DNA of 64,000 nt from Alphaproteobacteria bacterium (GCA_965222315.1 OZ244951.1:3491198-3555197), one strand, 5' to 3'. Positions 1 through 10,611 are shown, counted from the stretch's first letter. Translations and numbers: made by a program. Notes: a model not told the origin generated them from the letters alone.

Positions 1-214
1 GCATTGAAGCGGCCTTCTTAATCGGCGGCCTGATTGTGACGGAGACGGTGTTTAACATCCCCGGCGTCGCACGGTTCTTGGTGGAAGCGATCCAGTGGCG
101 CGACTACCCGATCGTGCAGAACCTGGTGATGCTGATCGCCTTTATTACGGTCACCGTGAACCTGATCGTGGATTTGCTATACGCCGTCCTCGACCCACGC
201 ATTCGTTACAGCTA
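1..214 (+). CDS. ABC transporter permease (DppB/OppB-like), C-terminal part; 5' end lies outside the window
   Basis: Frame 3 reads ...IEAAFLIGGLIVTETVFNIPGVARFLVEAIQWRDYPIVQNLVMLIAFITVTVNLIVDLLYAVLDPRIRYS* with a TAG stop at 212-214. This is the typical C-terminus of a binding-protein-dependent inner-membrane permease. Confidence 0.7.
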
Positions 215-235
215 GTTGGAACAAAGACAAAGCCC

Positions 236-1135
236 ATGAGCACGCCCAACTACTCCATTGAAACCTTGCCGGAAGCGGTCGTCCGCCGCAAAAGCTTCTG
301 GTATCACACACGCAGATTTTGCCGCTATTACCCGCTAGGGGCCTTCGGCGCGATCATTACGGCCATGTTCGTCTTTGCAGCGATCTTTGCGGAGTTCGTC
401 GCCGGCGTAGATCCATACCAAACCAACGCTGCGAGTTCGCTGGCCGCACCGGGCGTCGGGCACCTGATGGGCGCCGACGTGATGGGACGTGATGTCTGGG
501 CCCGCATTGTCCACGGCGCACGCATCTCCCTAATGGTCGGCGTTGGCTCCACGATCTTGGGATGCTCGATCGGCGTCATCGTGGGCTTGTCGAGTGGCTA
601 TCTCTCCGGGTGGTTCGACCTGATCACCCAGCGGGTAATTGACATCATGCAGGCATTGCCGCTTTTGGTGATGGCGCTGGTCATGGCCGCCGCCCTTGGC
701 CCGAGCCTGGAAAACACCATCATCGCGATCTCGATTCCTCTGGTCCCGAACGTGGCGCGGGTGATCCGGTCCAACACGCTTTCGTTGCGGGAAATGCCGT
801 TTGTGGAGGCAGCGCGCGCAGCAGGCATCAACGAGGTTTGGATCGCAGTCCGGCACGTACTGCCGAACACGCTCGCACCGTTGATCGTACTGGCGACGGC
901 GCAGCTCGGCGCGGCGATCCTGACCGAAGCCAGCCTCAGCTTCCTCGGCCTGGGTATTCCGGAGCCGCACGCGAGCTGGGGCCGGATGCTGAGCGAGAGC
1001 GCCGCGGAATATGTCCGCACCGCGCCCTGGCTGGTGATTTTCCCCGGTATAGCCATCAGCCTGGTGGTGTTCGGCACCAATCTGCTGGGCGATGCTGTCC
1101 GCGACATCCTGGACCCGCGCCAACGCGTGAATTGA
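236..1135 (+). CDS. ABC transporter permease (DppC/OppC-like)
   Basis: ATG at 236 follows the upstream stop. The N-terminus MSTPNYSIETLPEAVVRRKSFWYHTRRF... and the EAARAAG permease signature fit this family. The listed ORF start at 95 would overlap the upstream gene and translates to non-protein-like sequence. Confidence 0.8.
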   Translation: MSTPNYSIETLPEAVVRRKSFWYHTRRFCRYYPLGAFGAIITAMFVFAAIFAEFVAGVDPYQTNAASSLAAPGVGHLMGADVMGRDVWARIVHGARISLMVGVGSTILGCSIGVIVGLSSGYLSGWFDLITQRVIDIMQALPLLVMALVMAAALGPSLENTIIAISIPLVPNVARVIRSNTLSLREMPFVEAARAAGINEVWIAVRHVLPNTLAPLIVLATAQLGAAILTEASLSFLGLGIPEPHASWGRMLSESAAEYVRTAPWLVIFPGIAISLVVFGTNLLGDAVRDILDPRQRVN

Positions 1136-1459
1136 GGAGTTGCTCCCAAACGCCGGTACCCTGGTTCTCTTTGGAACCGGCGTACCGGCGTTTGGCACTT
1201 TCTGCTTGCAGGTAATCGCCGCGAAACACTCCTCCAGTGGCGATTGCCCGGCTTTGGACGCTGGTCCGCGTCCCGCGGAAACGTCCACGACCAATGCCCA
1301 TTCGCCATCCAGCATGCCGCTTGGATGGCGCCCTGTATTGCGGCTATGGTGAAAGCGAGTGGTATCGACCCCAGGCTCCTGATCCTCCATCTTTTCGCAA
1401 AGATCGTCGATTATAAGTTCTCGATATCGCTGAACACCTTTTCGGACAGGCTCTCAGGC

Positions 1460-2377
1460 ATGCAGCGCGATTTCCAGGGGTATGGCCAACACCCCCCACA
1501 CCCTCATTGGCCGGGGGACGCGAAGCTGGCGGTGTCCATCGTCGTGAATGTCGAGGAAGGGGCCGAACTCTCGATCAGCCTTGGCGATGAGCGGAACGAG
1601 GCGGTCTATGAGATCGTAGAGGAAGTCGAGCACGTCCCTGATCCGGCCAAGGATACCCATTTCGACTACGGCACCCGCGCCGGATACTGGCGGATCATGG
1701 ACGAGTTGGACCGGCACGGCTTCAAGGCGCATATGAACTGCTGCGCCCGCGCCCTGACGCTTTCGCCTTGGCTAGCGCGTGACGCGGTGGCGCGTGGGCA
1801 CGAGATCGGCTGCCATTCCTACCGCTGGGAACGGCACGCCAACATGGCGGAAGCGGACGAGCGCACGGTCATCGCCCGTTGCGTGGCGGAAATTGAGGCG
1901 GCGGCGGGCGTCCGCCCTGTCGGCTGGCACACTCGCTCCGCCGCCAGCCCGAACACGCGGCGATTGTTGGTGGAGGATGGCGGCTTTCTCTATGATAGCG
2001 ACGCCTACAATGACGACTTGCCTCTGGTGACGGAGGTACAGGGGAAGCCCCATGTCGTGCTGCCTTATGGCTTCGACACCAACGACATGCGGTTCCAGCG
2101 GGGCGGCGGCTTCCACTTTGCCGACGACTTCGCCCGCTATTGCATAGAGGCCATTGACTGGCTGCGGTCGGAAGGCGAAACGACCCCGAAAATGCTGAGC
2201 ATCGGTCTGCATCTTCGTATTATTGGGCGGCCAGGCCGGATCGGCGGTTTGCGGGCGGTGCTGGACCATATCGCAGCCAAGGGCGACGTCTGGGTCGCGC
2301 GGCGCGATGAGATTGCGAAGCACTGGCGGGCGCGTATGGGTCTGCCGGATTGGTCCGATCCCCGGCAGGAGAGTTAG
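1460..2377 (+). CDS. puuE: PuuE-type allantoinase (polysaccharide deacetylase family, urate catabolism protein)
   Basis: ATG at 1460. Motifs GYGQHPPHPHWPG, SPNTRRL, PKMLSIGLHLRIIGRPGRI match the PuuE family closely. Length is 305 aa. Confidence 0.85.
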   Translation: MQRDFQGYGQHPPHPHWPGDAKLAVSIVVNVEEGAELSISLGDERNEAVYEIVEEVEHVPDPAKDTHFDYGTRAGYWRIMDELDRHGFKAHMNCCARALTLSPWLARDAVARGHEIGCHSYRWERHANMAEADERTVIARCVAEIEAAAGVRPVGWHTRSAASPNTRRLLVEDGGFLYDSDAYNDDLPLVTEVQGKPHVVLPYGFDTNDMRFQRGGGFHFADDFARYCIEAIDWLRSEGETTPKMLSIGLHLRIIGRPGRIGGLRAVLDHIAAKGDVWVARRDEIAKHWRARMGLPDWSDPRQES

Positions 2378-2383
2378 CTCTCG

Positions 2384-3043
2384 ATGAGGCCGCTACGGCT
2401 CGCGTTGCTCAACCCGAATACCAACACCGCAACGACCCAGATGATGGCGGCCATTGCCCGCGAGGCGCTGCCGGCCGGGGTGAGTGTGGATGCCGTTACC
2501 GTGCGGGACGGCGCGCCGCTGATCACCAATCCGGCAGCGATGGTAGAAGCGGCGCGGGCGGTTGCGGCGATGGCCGGCGAACTGCGGGACTATGATGGCG
2601 TCATCGTATCCGCTTTCGGCGATCCGGGGCGGGATGCGCTTGCCCGCGCGCTAGCCTGCCCGGTGGTCGGTATTGCCCAGGCCGCGATGACCGAAGCCGC
2701 CGACATTTCCGGCGGGCGGTTTTCCGTGGTGACCACGACCCCCGATCTCCAGCAGAGCATTTGCGATACCGCCGAACACTGCGGTGTAGGACTGGCGCTG
2801 GCCTCCGTGCGGGTCACGACGGGAGATCCCGCCCCCCTGATGGCGGACGAACGCCGCCTCGACACGGCGCTGGCGGCGCTGATCCGGGAAACTATCGACC
2901 ATGACCAGGCCCGTGCCGTCATCATCGGTGGAGGACCATTGGCGTTGTCGGCCCGGCGGTTGCGCAAGTACTGCGCCGTACCGTTGATCGAGCCGATCCC
3001 CGCCGCGGTCCGCCAACTACTCCAAGCGCTCGAGGCGTCCTGA
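2384..3043 (+). CDS. Asp/Glu/hydantoin racemase family protein (allantoin/hydantoin racemase-like)
   Basis: LLNPNTNTATT hallmark near the N-terminus; 219 aa. It lies directly after puuE (7-bp gap), the arrangement seen in ureide clusters. Confidence 0.7.
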   Translation: MRPLRLALLNPNTNTATTQMMAAIAREALPAGVSVDAVTVRDGAPLITNPAAMVEAARAVAAMAGELRDYDGVIVSAFGDPGRDALARALACPVVGIAQAAMTEAADISGGRFSVVTTTPDLQQSICDTAEHCGVGLALASVRVTTGDPAPLMADERRLDTALAALIRETIDHDQARAVIIGGGPLALSARRLRKYCAVPLIEPIPAAVRQLLQALEAS

Positions 3044-3071
3044 CCTGCCGCGCATAGACTCGCAAAAGGGG

Positions 3072-4376
3072 TCAGGAGCCGATCATGTAACTGACCGGCG
3101 CCAAAATGATCCCCGGGAAAACCGTGATGATCGCGATGCTGATCAGCATCAGCAGGAAGAACGGTGCGGCCGCCCGCGTCACCTGGAGAATGTCCCGCCC
3201 TGTCATACCCTGCAGTACGAACAGGTTGAAGCCGACCGGCGGCGTGATCTGGGCCATTTCCACGACGATCACGGTGAAAATGCCGAACCACAATAGGTTG
3301 ATGCCCGCGCTTTCCACCATCGGCAGCACGACGGCGGCCGTCAGCACCATCATGGATACGCCATCCAGGAAGCAGCCGAGGAAAATGTAAAGCAGCGTCA
3401 GAAGCACAATCAGCATGGTCGGTGAAAGGTCCCACGCCTCGACATAACCGGCCAGCACGCCGGGGACGCCGGTAAAGCCCATGGCGATGGACATAAAAGC
3501 GGCACCGACCAGGATGAAGGCGATCATGCAGGAAGTGCGAACCGCGCCCATCAGGCTGTCCATGAAGGACGACCAGGAGAGCGAGCCAGTGAAGAACGCC
3601 AGCGCCAGTGCGCCGAGCACGCCGACGGTCGCTGCCTCCGTCGGGGTGGCGTAGCCACCATAGATCGAACCGAGCACCACGGCGATCAGGCCGACCACCG
3701 GAAACAGCAGCCGCGAGGCCTTTAGCTTCTCGACAAAGCTAAGGCGCACTTCCGCCGCCGGGGCCAGGGCGGGGTTCATCTTTGCCCGGATCATCACATA
3801 GGCCATGAATATGCCAATAATCATGATGCCCGGCACAATGCCGGCGATGAACAGGCGGGAAATCGATTGCTGCGCTACCACGCCATAGACGATTAGCATG
3901 ATCGATGGCGGGATCAGAAGGCCCAACGTACCGGAGCCCGCCAGCGTGCCGATGGAGAGCGTCTCGTCGTAACCACGGCGGCGAAGTTCCGGCATGCTCA
4001 TCCGCCCAACCGTGGCGCAGGTGACGGCGCTGGAGCCCGCTACCGCCGCCATGACGCCGCAGCCCACAATATTGACGTGCAGCAACCCCCCTGGCAGTGG
4101 CGCAACCCACGGCGCCAGCCCATTGAACATGTCGGAGGAGAGCCGCGTGCGGAACAGGATCTCCCCCATCCAGACGAACAGCGGCAGCGCGGTCAGCGCC
4201 CAGTTCCAGCTTGCATCCCAGACTGTGCTAGCCAGCAGCGACCCCGCCGGCGCCGGCGAAAAAGCGGCTAGCGCAACGAAGCCGACCCCCAGCAGGGTCG
4301 GCGCGACCCACAAGCCGCTCGCCAGTAGGGCAAGCAGCAGGGCGAACAGGATAAGGGAGATCAGCCCGGCATCCAT
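3072..4376 (-). CDS. dctM: TRAP transporter large permease DctM
   Basis: 434-aa polytopic membrane protein starting MDAGLISLILFALLLA.... DctM family. Its start is coupled to the dctQ stop at 4376. Confidence 0.9.
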   Translation of the reverse strand: MDAGLISLILFALLLALLASGLWVAPTLLGVGFVALAAFSPAPAGSLLASTVWDASWNWALTALPLFVWMGEILFRTRLSSDMFNGLAPWVAPLPGGLLHVNIVGCGVMAAVAGSSAVTCATVGRMSMPELRRRGYDETLSIGTLAGSGTLGLLIPPSIMLIVYGVVAQQSISRLFIAGIVPGIMIIGIFMAYVMIRAKMNPALAPAAEVRLSFVEKLKASRLLFPVVGLIAVVLGSIYGGYATPTEAATVGVLGALALAFFTGSLSWSSFMDSLMGAVRTSCMIAFILVGAAFMSIAMGFTGVPGVLAGYVEAWDLSPTMLIVLLTLLYIFLGCFLDGVSMMVLTAAVVLPMVESAGINLLWFGIFTVIVVEMAQITPPVGFNLFVLQGMTGRDILQVTRAAAPFFLLMLISIAIITVFPGIILAPVSYMIGS

Positions 4377-4921
4377 CAGAGCGCATCCTCCACATGGGAG
4401 GTGACGCTGAGGTGTCCTTCCGCTTCAGCGATTTCGGCGGCGTCATAGGTCGCCGGCAGGCCGCGGATCAGCGCCACGAACTCGTCGATGAGCGCAATCA
4501 ACAGGCAGAGCGAGCCCAGCGCCATGGCGGAGCGCGGGATCCAAAACGGGATCGCCAGCAAGCCTGGGCTAATGTCTTGGAACCGCCAGGAGAAATAGAC
4601 GAGGTCGAACGACCAGTAGCACAAATACGCCACGATCCCGATGAAAAGGCCAACGGCCCAAATGTTTAAAATCTGGCGCAACCGGTTGCGGGTTAGGCGA
4701 GTGAAAAGCGTCACCCGAATATGGGCGCCCTCACGGTAGGTATGGGCCAAGCCGAAAAAGGTGGAGGCCGCCAGGGAAAAGCCCGCTGTCTCCGTCGAGT
4801 CGATGGCGACCCCGAAAAAGCGGCCGCAGATCTGAGCGATGATGGTCAATGCGATCATCGCGAGGAAAACAGCCGCGAGATAACCGCTCCACAAATAAAG
4901 ACGGTCGAGCGCCGTGCGCAT
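4376..4921 (-). CDS. dctQ: TRAP transporter small permease DctQ
   Basis: 181 aa with four TM segments, starting at MRTALDRLYLW (ATG at 4921). It lies upstream of dctM. Confidence 0.8.
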   Translation of the reverse strand: MRTALDRLYLWSGYLAAVFLAMIALTIIAQICGRFFGVAIDSTETAGFSLAASTFFGLAHTYREGAHIRVTLFTRLTRNRLRQILNIWAVGLFIGIVAYLCYWSFDLVYFSWRFQDISPGLLAIPFWIPRSAMALGSLCLLIALIDEFVALIRGLPATYDAAEIAEAEGHLSVTSHVEDAL

Positions 4922-5002
4922 CAAAAATGCCTTTAGCGAGAGGGAGAATTGAAACGAAGGAGACGGCGCCGCCAAATTCTGTCAGGCGGCGCCAAGTCTG
5001 TG

Positions 5003-5968
5003 TCACTGCAAGGCGATGTAGCGGTCCAGCACCGCAATGGCTTCCGGGCTGGCGTCTTCCCGCCAAGTTTTCATCATTACGGCGCCGATTTCCTTCATCC
5101 GCTCGATCAGTTCGGGCGGCGCCTTGGCGGTCGTCATGCCATTCTCCGCCAGGATCTTCATCTGAGCCGCCGTGGTCTCCGCGCTCATTTCCCAGGCACG
5201 CAGTTCCGCGGCGTCGGCAGCAGCCAGCATGGCAGCCTGATCTTCAGCCGGCAGGGCTTCGAAGTAGCTCTTGCTCACAACAACGGCGTTCTTGGAGAAG
5301 ATCGCGCCGGCGTAGGTGAAGTGGTCGGTGTTGTCCCAAGCCTGGATATCGATGCCGGTTTGTGGACTGGTAAACAGCGCCTCAATCAGGCCGGTCGAGA
5401 ATGCTTGCGGAATTTCCGCGAAGGGCAGGATCGTGGCGTCAAAGCCAAGCATTTCCCCCATCTGCTGGGTCGCGGTGGAGTAGATGCGCAGCTTCTTGCC
5501 ATCGAAATCCGACACCGCTGTCACCGGAAACTTTGTATAGAAGCCCTGGCCCGGCCATGGCGCGTAGTAGAGGATCTTTAGTCCCTGCTCGTCGAAGGTC
5601 TCGTTGAAATATTCTTTCTGCAAGTCCTTCAGCAGCCAGGCGTCGGCGTAGTTGCCCGCGATGAAGGGCAGACCCGCCAGGATGTACATCGGGTCTTCAT
5701 TGCCATAAACGCCAAGTCGGATCTCGCCAATCGGAATCTGGCCGCGCTGCAACGCTGTCTTGATGGCGTCCAGCTTAATCAGCGTATCGTTCGAGTTGAG
5801 CTTGATGTTGACGGACGAGTTTTCCGCCACCTCCTCAATGAACATGCGGATGTTCTTGGTGTGGAAATTGCTCTCCGGATACCCGGACGCCATGATCCAG
5901 TCGGTTGCTGCGGCCGGCGTGGCCAATAGAGCCGCCAAGGCGGCAGCGGCAAAACGCATTTTGAACAT
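5003..5968 (-). CDS. dctP: TRAP transporter substrate-binding protein DctP
   Basis: ATG at 5968 is preceded by AGGAAG. Signal peptide MFKMRFAAAALAALLATPAAA followed by a DctP-family fold. Confidence 0.85.
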   Translation of the reverse strand: MFKMRFAAAALAALLATPAAATDWIMASGYPESNFHTKNIRMFIEEVAENSSVNIKLNSNDTLIKLDAIKTALQRGQIPIGEIRLGVYGNEDPMYILAGLPFIAGNYADAWLLKDLQKEYFNETFDEQGLKILYYAPWPGQGFYTKFPVTAVSDFDGKKLRIYSTATQQMGEMLGFDATILPFAEIPQAFSTGLIEALFTSPQTGIDIQAWDNTDHFTYAGAIFSKNAVVVSKSYFEALPAEDQAAMLAAADAAELRAWEMSAETTAAQMKILAENGMTTAKAPPELIERMKEIGAVMMKTWREDASPEAIAVLDRYIALQ

Positions 5969-7075
5969 GAAACCTGCTTCCTTTGATCCTAGATCCGCGG
6001 ACAGCCGTCGCGCATCAGCGGCCACCTGCACAGCCCAGATCAAGCAAGCTTCATGCCAAGTCGCTGCCACCGAAGCGCCTAACATGCCTTCTTTAATAGT
6101 GGACACTACGATGCGGTTGCTTCTAACGCGGTCCGCCATAGTAAAATCCATCGGTACAACCCGCTTGTCGGCCGGCGGGGCGGTGATAGCGGCTCGGTTT
6201 TCAGCCCGAAGCCGTGTTCGGTCCGGCGGCCCCCACTACTTCTTGCAGATCATTTCGTTGGACCAAAGATACCATGACGGCCATCAATGTGGCGTTATGA
6301 TGTTGCGGCGCACAATTGGGCAATGGCGGCTGTCGGCAGGTCAAAGTGGCGGCACATGTGTTCGTATTCGGTAAGCAGTGTGCGAACGGGCGGTGCAACC
6401 GCTGTCCGTTTCGAGATTTGATCGGAGCTTTCGCGCAATGACGCGAAGCCCTCGCGGATCACTTGCCGACTGTGGTTGCTCTTCGATGAAAGGGCAGTTT
6501 GCATAACGACTTTGATGGAGGGATCATCGATGCCTGCACCGGTCTCAGGCTTGAGAGGCGCGCGCAGGGATTGCTAACGTGAAGATCATGCAATTGCCGA
6601 AAAAGCCCTTCTTTGCCAGCGGTCCTGGAGCCACGCAGAGCGGTGCCCATGGCGATGATAGCCCTCAGTTGGGAAGCCTCTAGTCAAGGCCTGTCCGAAC
6701 GGTCATTTGGCAATCTGATCAAGGTTTTGGGAACATACCGGCTCACCGCTTGAGCCTGCGCACCAAATAGTGCCGCTACTCCGTCAACTTGCCCACCTCT
6801 GGTTGCTCAGACAATGCTTTGACGCGCATTGCCGATCAAAAAAATCGAGGGGACAGAAAAACTATCGCCAAGTGGTACGCCATAAACGCCGGCTGAGTAG
6901 GTACCCGCCTAGCCGCTGGACCCGGTTCACCGGGCGGTCGCGCGGTACACCTCTGGACAGACAGGGTTTGATCGCCTGTAATGGCAGCGTGGATGGTACC
7001 AAAGACGTACCTGCCGCAGCCAACGTGCAAAAAAATGTCGATAACAAACACCGACAGAAACGCGAGGAAACGCCA

Positions 7076-8218
7076 ATGAGAAACCTTAGCGCCTGGGCGA
7101 TAGCGCTGGGCATAGCCGCAATAGCCGCCACAACAGCCGTCCCAACCGACGCCTCCGCCCGCGAGCTGCGGTTCGAACCGGCTCTGCCCTGTTCCCATGA
7201 CGTAGTTCTTGGTTACCGCTACGCCGAGGAAGAGCTGCCGAAACGCACAAACGGCGAATTAACCATGCGCAATTACTGCGGTGCGCTGATGGGCTTGGCC
7301 GAGGTGAGCGACGGTCTGCGCGACGGTATCGCCGATGTCGGCATCATGGTGCTGCCGTACTGGCCTGCCGAATTCCCTTATCACAACTTCCTCGCCAACA
7401 TTTCCGGCTATGCCGATACGGCCGTGGCTATGGCCGCCGCGAACACTGAGTTTGTACTCAATTGCGAACCGTGCCTGCAGGAGTTCTATGAGAAGAACCA
7501 GGTCGTACTCGCCATGCACTCAAATCCGCCCTATGTTCCGATCGTAAACGGCGATCCCATGCGCACCCCGGAAGACATCGTCGGCAAGAAGTTCCGTGCC
7601 GGTAGCATTTATTTCCGTCGCTGGTCGGAATATTTCGACGGAACCGCCCTGTCGATGACTGGAAACGAGATCTACGAGGGGCTTAGCGCTGGCGTTCTGG
7701 ACGCCACCTTGTCAACGCCTACTGAGATTCCGAATTTCGGACTACAGGACGTCATCACCTCGGTGACGCGATTGCCACTCGGAACGTTTCACAGCATGTC
7801 CTTGTGGACGGTCAACCGGGACACATGGCGCAGCCTGACGACCGAGCAGCGCCAAGTTCTGCTTGATCTTGCCGCCGAGGGCACCGCGATGACAGAGGCC
7901 CGCCTTGATCAGCAATACGCCGAAGTTTTCGACCAGTTGAAAGGTTGGAATGTCGAGCTGGTCGAGCCGTCGGCGGAACTGGTAGCCAAACACCAAAAAT
8001 TCGCGGCAGCCAATTTCGACAACTCTGTCAAAACTGGTGAAGACGACTTCGGGGTCGAGAACGCACGCGATGTGGCAGAGAGCTTCGCAAAAACAGCCGA
8101 ACGCTGGCAAAAGCTGATTACCGAGCAAGGCGATGCCCGGTTCGACGGTGAAGCCATGGGCGAGCTTTACAAACGCGAGATCTATAGCAAGATCGACGCC
8201 GCCACCTACGGCATGTAA
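7076..8218 (+). CDS. dctP: TRAP transporter substrate-binding protein (DctP family, second system)
   Basis: ATG at 7076 after GAGGAAA. Signal peptide MRNLSAWAIALGIAAIAATTAVP followed by a DctP-like body. Confidence 0.8.
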   Translation: MRNLSAWAIALGIAAIAATTAVPTDASARELRFEPALPCSHDVVLGYRYAEEELPKRTNGELTMRNYCGALMGLAEVSDGLRDGIADVGIMVLPYWPAEFPYHNFLANISGYADTAVAMAAANTEFVLNCEPCLQEFYEKNQVVLAMHSNPPYVPIVNGDPMRTPEDIVGKKFRAGSIYFRRWSEYFDGTALSMTGNEIYEGLSAGVLDATLSTPTEIPNFGLQDVITSVTRLPLGTFHSMSLWTVNRDTWRSLTTEQRQVLLDLAAEGTAMTEARLDQQYAEVFDQLKGWNVELVEPSAELVAKHQKFAAANFDNSVKTGEDDFGVENARDVAESFAKTAERWQKLITEQGDARFDGEAMGELYKREIYSKIDAATYGM

Positions 8219-8307
8219 AGCCCACTCGCAGACAAGTCCCGACCCAGTCGTTGCAGCGGCTGGGTCGGTCTGCATCATATCAGTCAAGCCGCCCCGGAGA
8301 GTTCGGC

Positions 8308-8859
8308 ATGAAAGCCCTCGGACAATTGCTTTCGACGATTATTCTGTTGATGACCATCTTTGCCGGCGTCGCCGTTTTCATGATGATGCTGCATATCAGC
8401 GCCGATGTTACGGGCCGGTATTTCTTTAACAATCCTTTGCCGGCGACGATTGCCATCGTTTCGAACTACTACATGGTCATCGCCACGTTCATCCCGCTGG
8501 CGCTAGCCCAGAAACGCGACATGCACATCTCGGTTGAGGTGGTGACGCAACTGTTTCCGCAAGGCCTCCAGCGTCATGCCTATAATTTGGTCCGGATCTA
8601 TTCCGCCGCGATCTTCGCCCTGTTGACCTACACCTCCTGGATTCAGGCGGAAACCAAACGCAGTGCCGGGTCCTATGTTATGGAACTGGGCGCCAAGGTT
8701 CCGATCTGGCCTGGGTATTACCTGCTGCCCATCGGTCTCGGCGCGATCACGCTGGTCCTAATCTACCAATTGGCGGTGTATTTCAGCGGATCGGAAAGCG
8801 GGCTCGACGATACCGACCCCTGGACCAACCGCCGAGACGACCAGCTTGAAATGATCTGA
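8308..8859 (+). CDS. dctQ: TRAP transporter small permease DctQ (second system)
   Basis: ATG at 8308 after GGAGA. 183 aa, four TM helices. Confidence 0.8.
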   Translation: MKALGQLLSTIILLMTIFAGVAVFMMMLHISADVTGRYFFNNPLPATIAIVSNYYMVIATFIPLALAQKRDMHISVEVVTQLFPQGLQRHAYNLVRIYSAAIFALLTYTSWIQAETKRSAGSYVMELGAKVPIWPGYYLLPIGLGAITLVLIYQLAVYFSGSESGLDDTDPWTNRRDDQLEMI

Positions 8860-8877
8860 CCGGAGAGTCATCACACA

Positions 8878-10185
8878 ATGACCGATATCCAAGTCGGCCT
8901 TTCCGGCCTTGGCGTGTTGCTGACCCTATTGGCGCTCCGGATTCCCGTTGGCGTCTCGCTGATCGGTGTCTCGTTCGTCGGCATCTGGGTGCTGGTGGGG
9001 GAGAGAGTGGCATTCAGCATACTCACATCCACCCCTTACGCATTCTCTGCCCACTGGACGCTCAGTTCGGTGCCGATGTTCCTGCTGATGGGCTATTTCT
9101 GCTACCACGCAGGTCTGACCAAGAACCTGTTCGATGCGGCCCGCGTCTGGCTGGCCCGCCTGCCTGGCGGCCTGGCGGTGGCCACGATATTCGGCGCGGC
9201 CGGCTTTGCCGCCGTGACGGGGTCCAGCGTCGCTTGCGCCGCCGCGATGGGCCGGATCGCCGTGCCGGAGATGATGCGCAACCGCTACGACGCAGCGCTC
9301 GCCACCGGCACTGTCGCGGCAGCCGGCACCATCGGCGCCCTGATCCCGCCCTCCATCCTGATGATTCTCTACGGTATTTTCGTCGAGGTCCCGATCAGCA
9401 AGCTGTTCCTTGGCGGCGTCAGCGCCGGGATCATCACCGCCATCGGCTATGTTGCGGTCGTGATGATCCGCGCCAAGCTCAACCCGGAACTGGCGCCGCC
9501 CTATTTGGGCGAGTCGACCCTAGCGGAGCGAATGCGGGCGCTCCGAGAGAACTGGCCGCTGCTGCTGATTCTGATCGGTGTGTTCGGCGGCCTCTTCAGC
9601 GGCATCTTCACGGCAACGGAGGCCGGCGGCATAGGCGCCATGCTCTCGTTCATCGTCGCGGGCTTGAAACGGCAATTGACCTGGGAAAGCGTCAAGAATG
9701 CCGTCATCGAAACGCTGATGACGACGGCGGCGTTGCTGATTATCGCCATTGGCGCGGCCCTGCTAACCCGGTTCTTGGCATTGAGCGGCACGACCCAGTT
9801 CTTGTCGAGCGTGGTTTTGGGTTTCGGCGCCGATCCGCTCGTCATCCTGCTGATGATCGCGCTGATGTATCTGGCGCTAGGCATGTTCCTGGAGCCAATC
9901 GGCGCCATGTTGCTGACCCTCCCGGTGATCATGCCCATCCTGGCAAGCCTGGATTACAGCCTGATCTGGTTTGGCGTGGTGCTGACCAAGTTTCTGGAAA
10001 TTGGCATGATTACGCCGCCAATCGGCATCAACGTCTTTGTCATCAAGGGGGTGGTCGGCGATCTGGCCTCCACCACAACCATCTTCCGCGGGATCATGTG
10101 GTTCCTGGTTGCCGACCTTATCGTCGTGAGTTTGCTGATCGTCTTCCCGGATGTGGTGATGTTCCTGCCGAACCTCTCGGAATAG
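8878..10185 (+). CDS. dctM: TRAP transporter large permease DctM (second system)
   Basis: 435 aa. Paralogous to the 3072-4376 product with the same motif layout. Confidence 0.9.
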   Translation: MTDIQVGLSGLGVLLTLLALRIPVGVSLIGVSFVGIWVLVGERVAFSILTSTPYAFSAHWTLSSVPMFLLMGYFCYHAGLTKNLFDAARVWLARLPGGLAVATIFGAAGFAAVTGSSVACAAAMGRIAVPEMMRNRYDAALATGTVAAAGTIGALIPPSILMILYGIFVEVPISKLFLGGVSAGIITAIGYVAVVMIRAKLNPELAPPYLGESTLAERMRALRENWPLLLILIGVFGGLFSGIFTATEAGGIGAMLSFIVAGLKRQLTWESVKNAVIETLMTTAALLIIAIGAALLTRFLALSGTTQFLSSVVLGFGADPLVILLMIALMYLALGMFLEPIGAMLLTLPVIMPILASLDYSLIWFGVVLTKFLEIGMITPPIGINVFVIKGVVGDLASTTTIFRGIMWFLVADLIVVSLLIVFPDVVMFLPNLSE

Positions 10186-10319
10186 CCGGCCTGAAACGCC
10201 CCTTCCGCTATTCAAGTATGCCGTCTCTAACGATCATGCCGGGTCGCGCGCCGCCCGCCGGGCTGACCTGGGCCGCAGGGATGGCAGCGCGGCCAATTCC
10301 ATCTGGCCCAGAACGCTGT

Positions 10320-10590
10320 CCACTATTCCCCGAACGTTGCAACCCGCACGCGTATTGGCACTGAATTGCGCGCCGTCTGGAGGGCCCATACCCTTTCCAA
10401 GGCCGAAACCGCCTTGGCTGAGCTGGTCACGGCCTACCAGGAAACCGCGCCAAACCTCTCCGCATGGCTGGAACAAAACGTGGCCAGAAGGCCTGGTTCC
10501 TCCTCACTAGCCGAGCGCCATCACCGGCGCTTGCGCTCCTCCGACCCGATGGAGCGAAGCGTACAGCGGGAACTGAGTTTTTGAGGACCA
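10320..10590 (+). pseudogene. IS256-family transposase remnant (C-terminal fragment)
   Basis: Translation LRAVWRAHTLSKAETALAELVTAYQ...RRLRSSDPMERSVQRELS parallels LKAIHAQENRSAAETKAGAVVDEL...RTNNPLERIMREIRRR of the intact IS256-family transposase at 31238-32455. It has no proper start and is truncated. Confidence 0.5.
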
Positions 10591-10611
10591 GTCATAAACG
10601 GGGGCTGATCA

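Noticed and set aside
95-235. N-terminal 47 residues of the listed 346-aa ORF (start at 95)
   Set aside because: It overlaps the upstream permease gene in another frame and translates to Arg/Pro-rich non-protein-like sequence. ATG 236 gives a canonical DppC N-terminus.
9234-10364. 376-aa Arg/Gly/Pro-rich ORF overlapping dctM
   Set aside because: It is an out-of-frame overlap of a well-supported membrane protein gene, with low-complexity composition.
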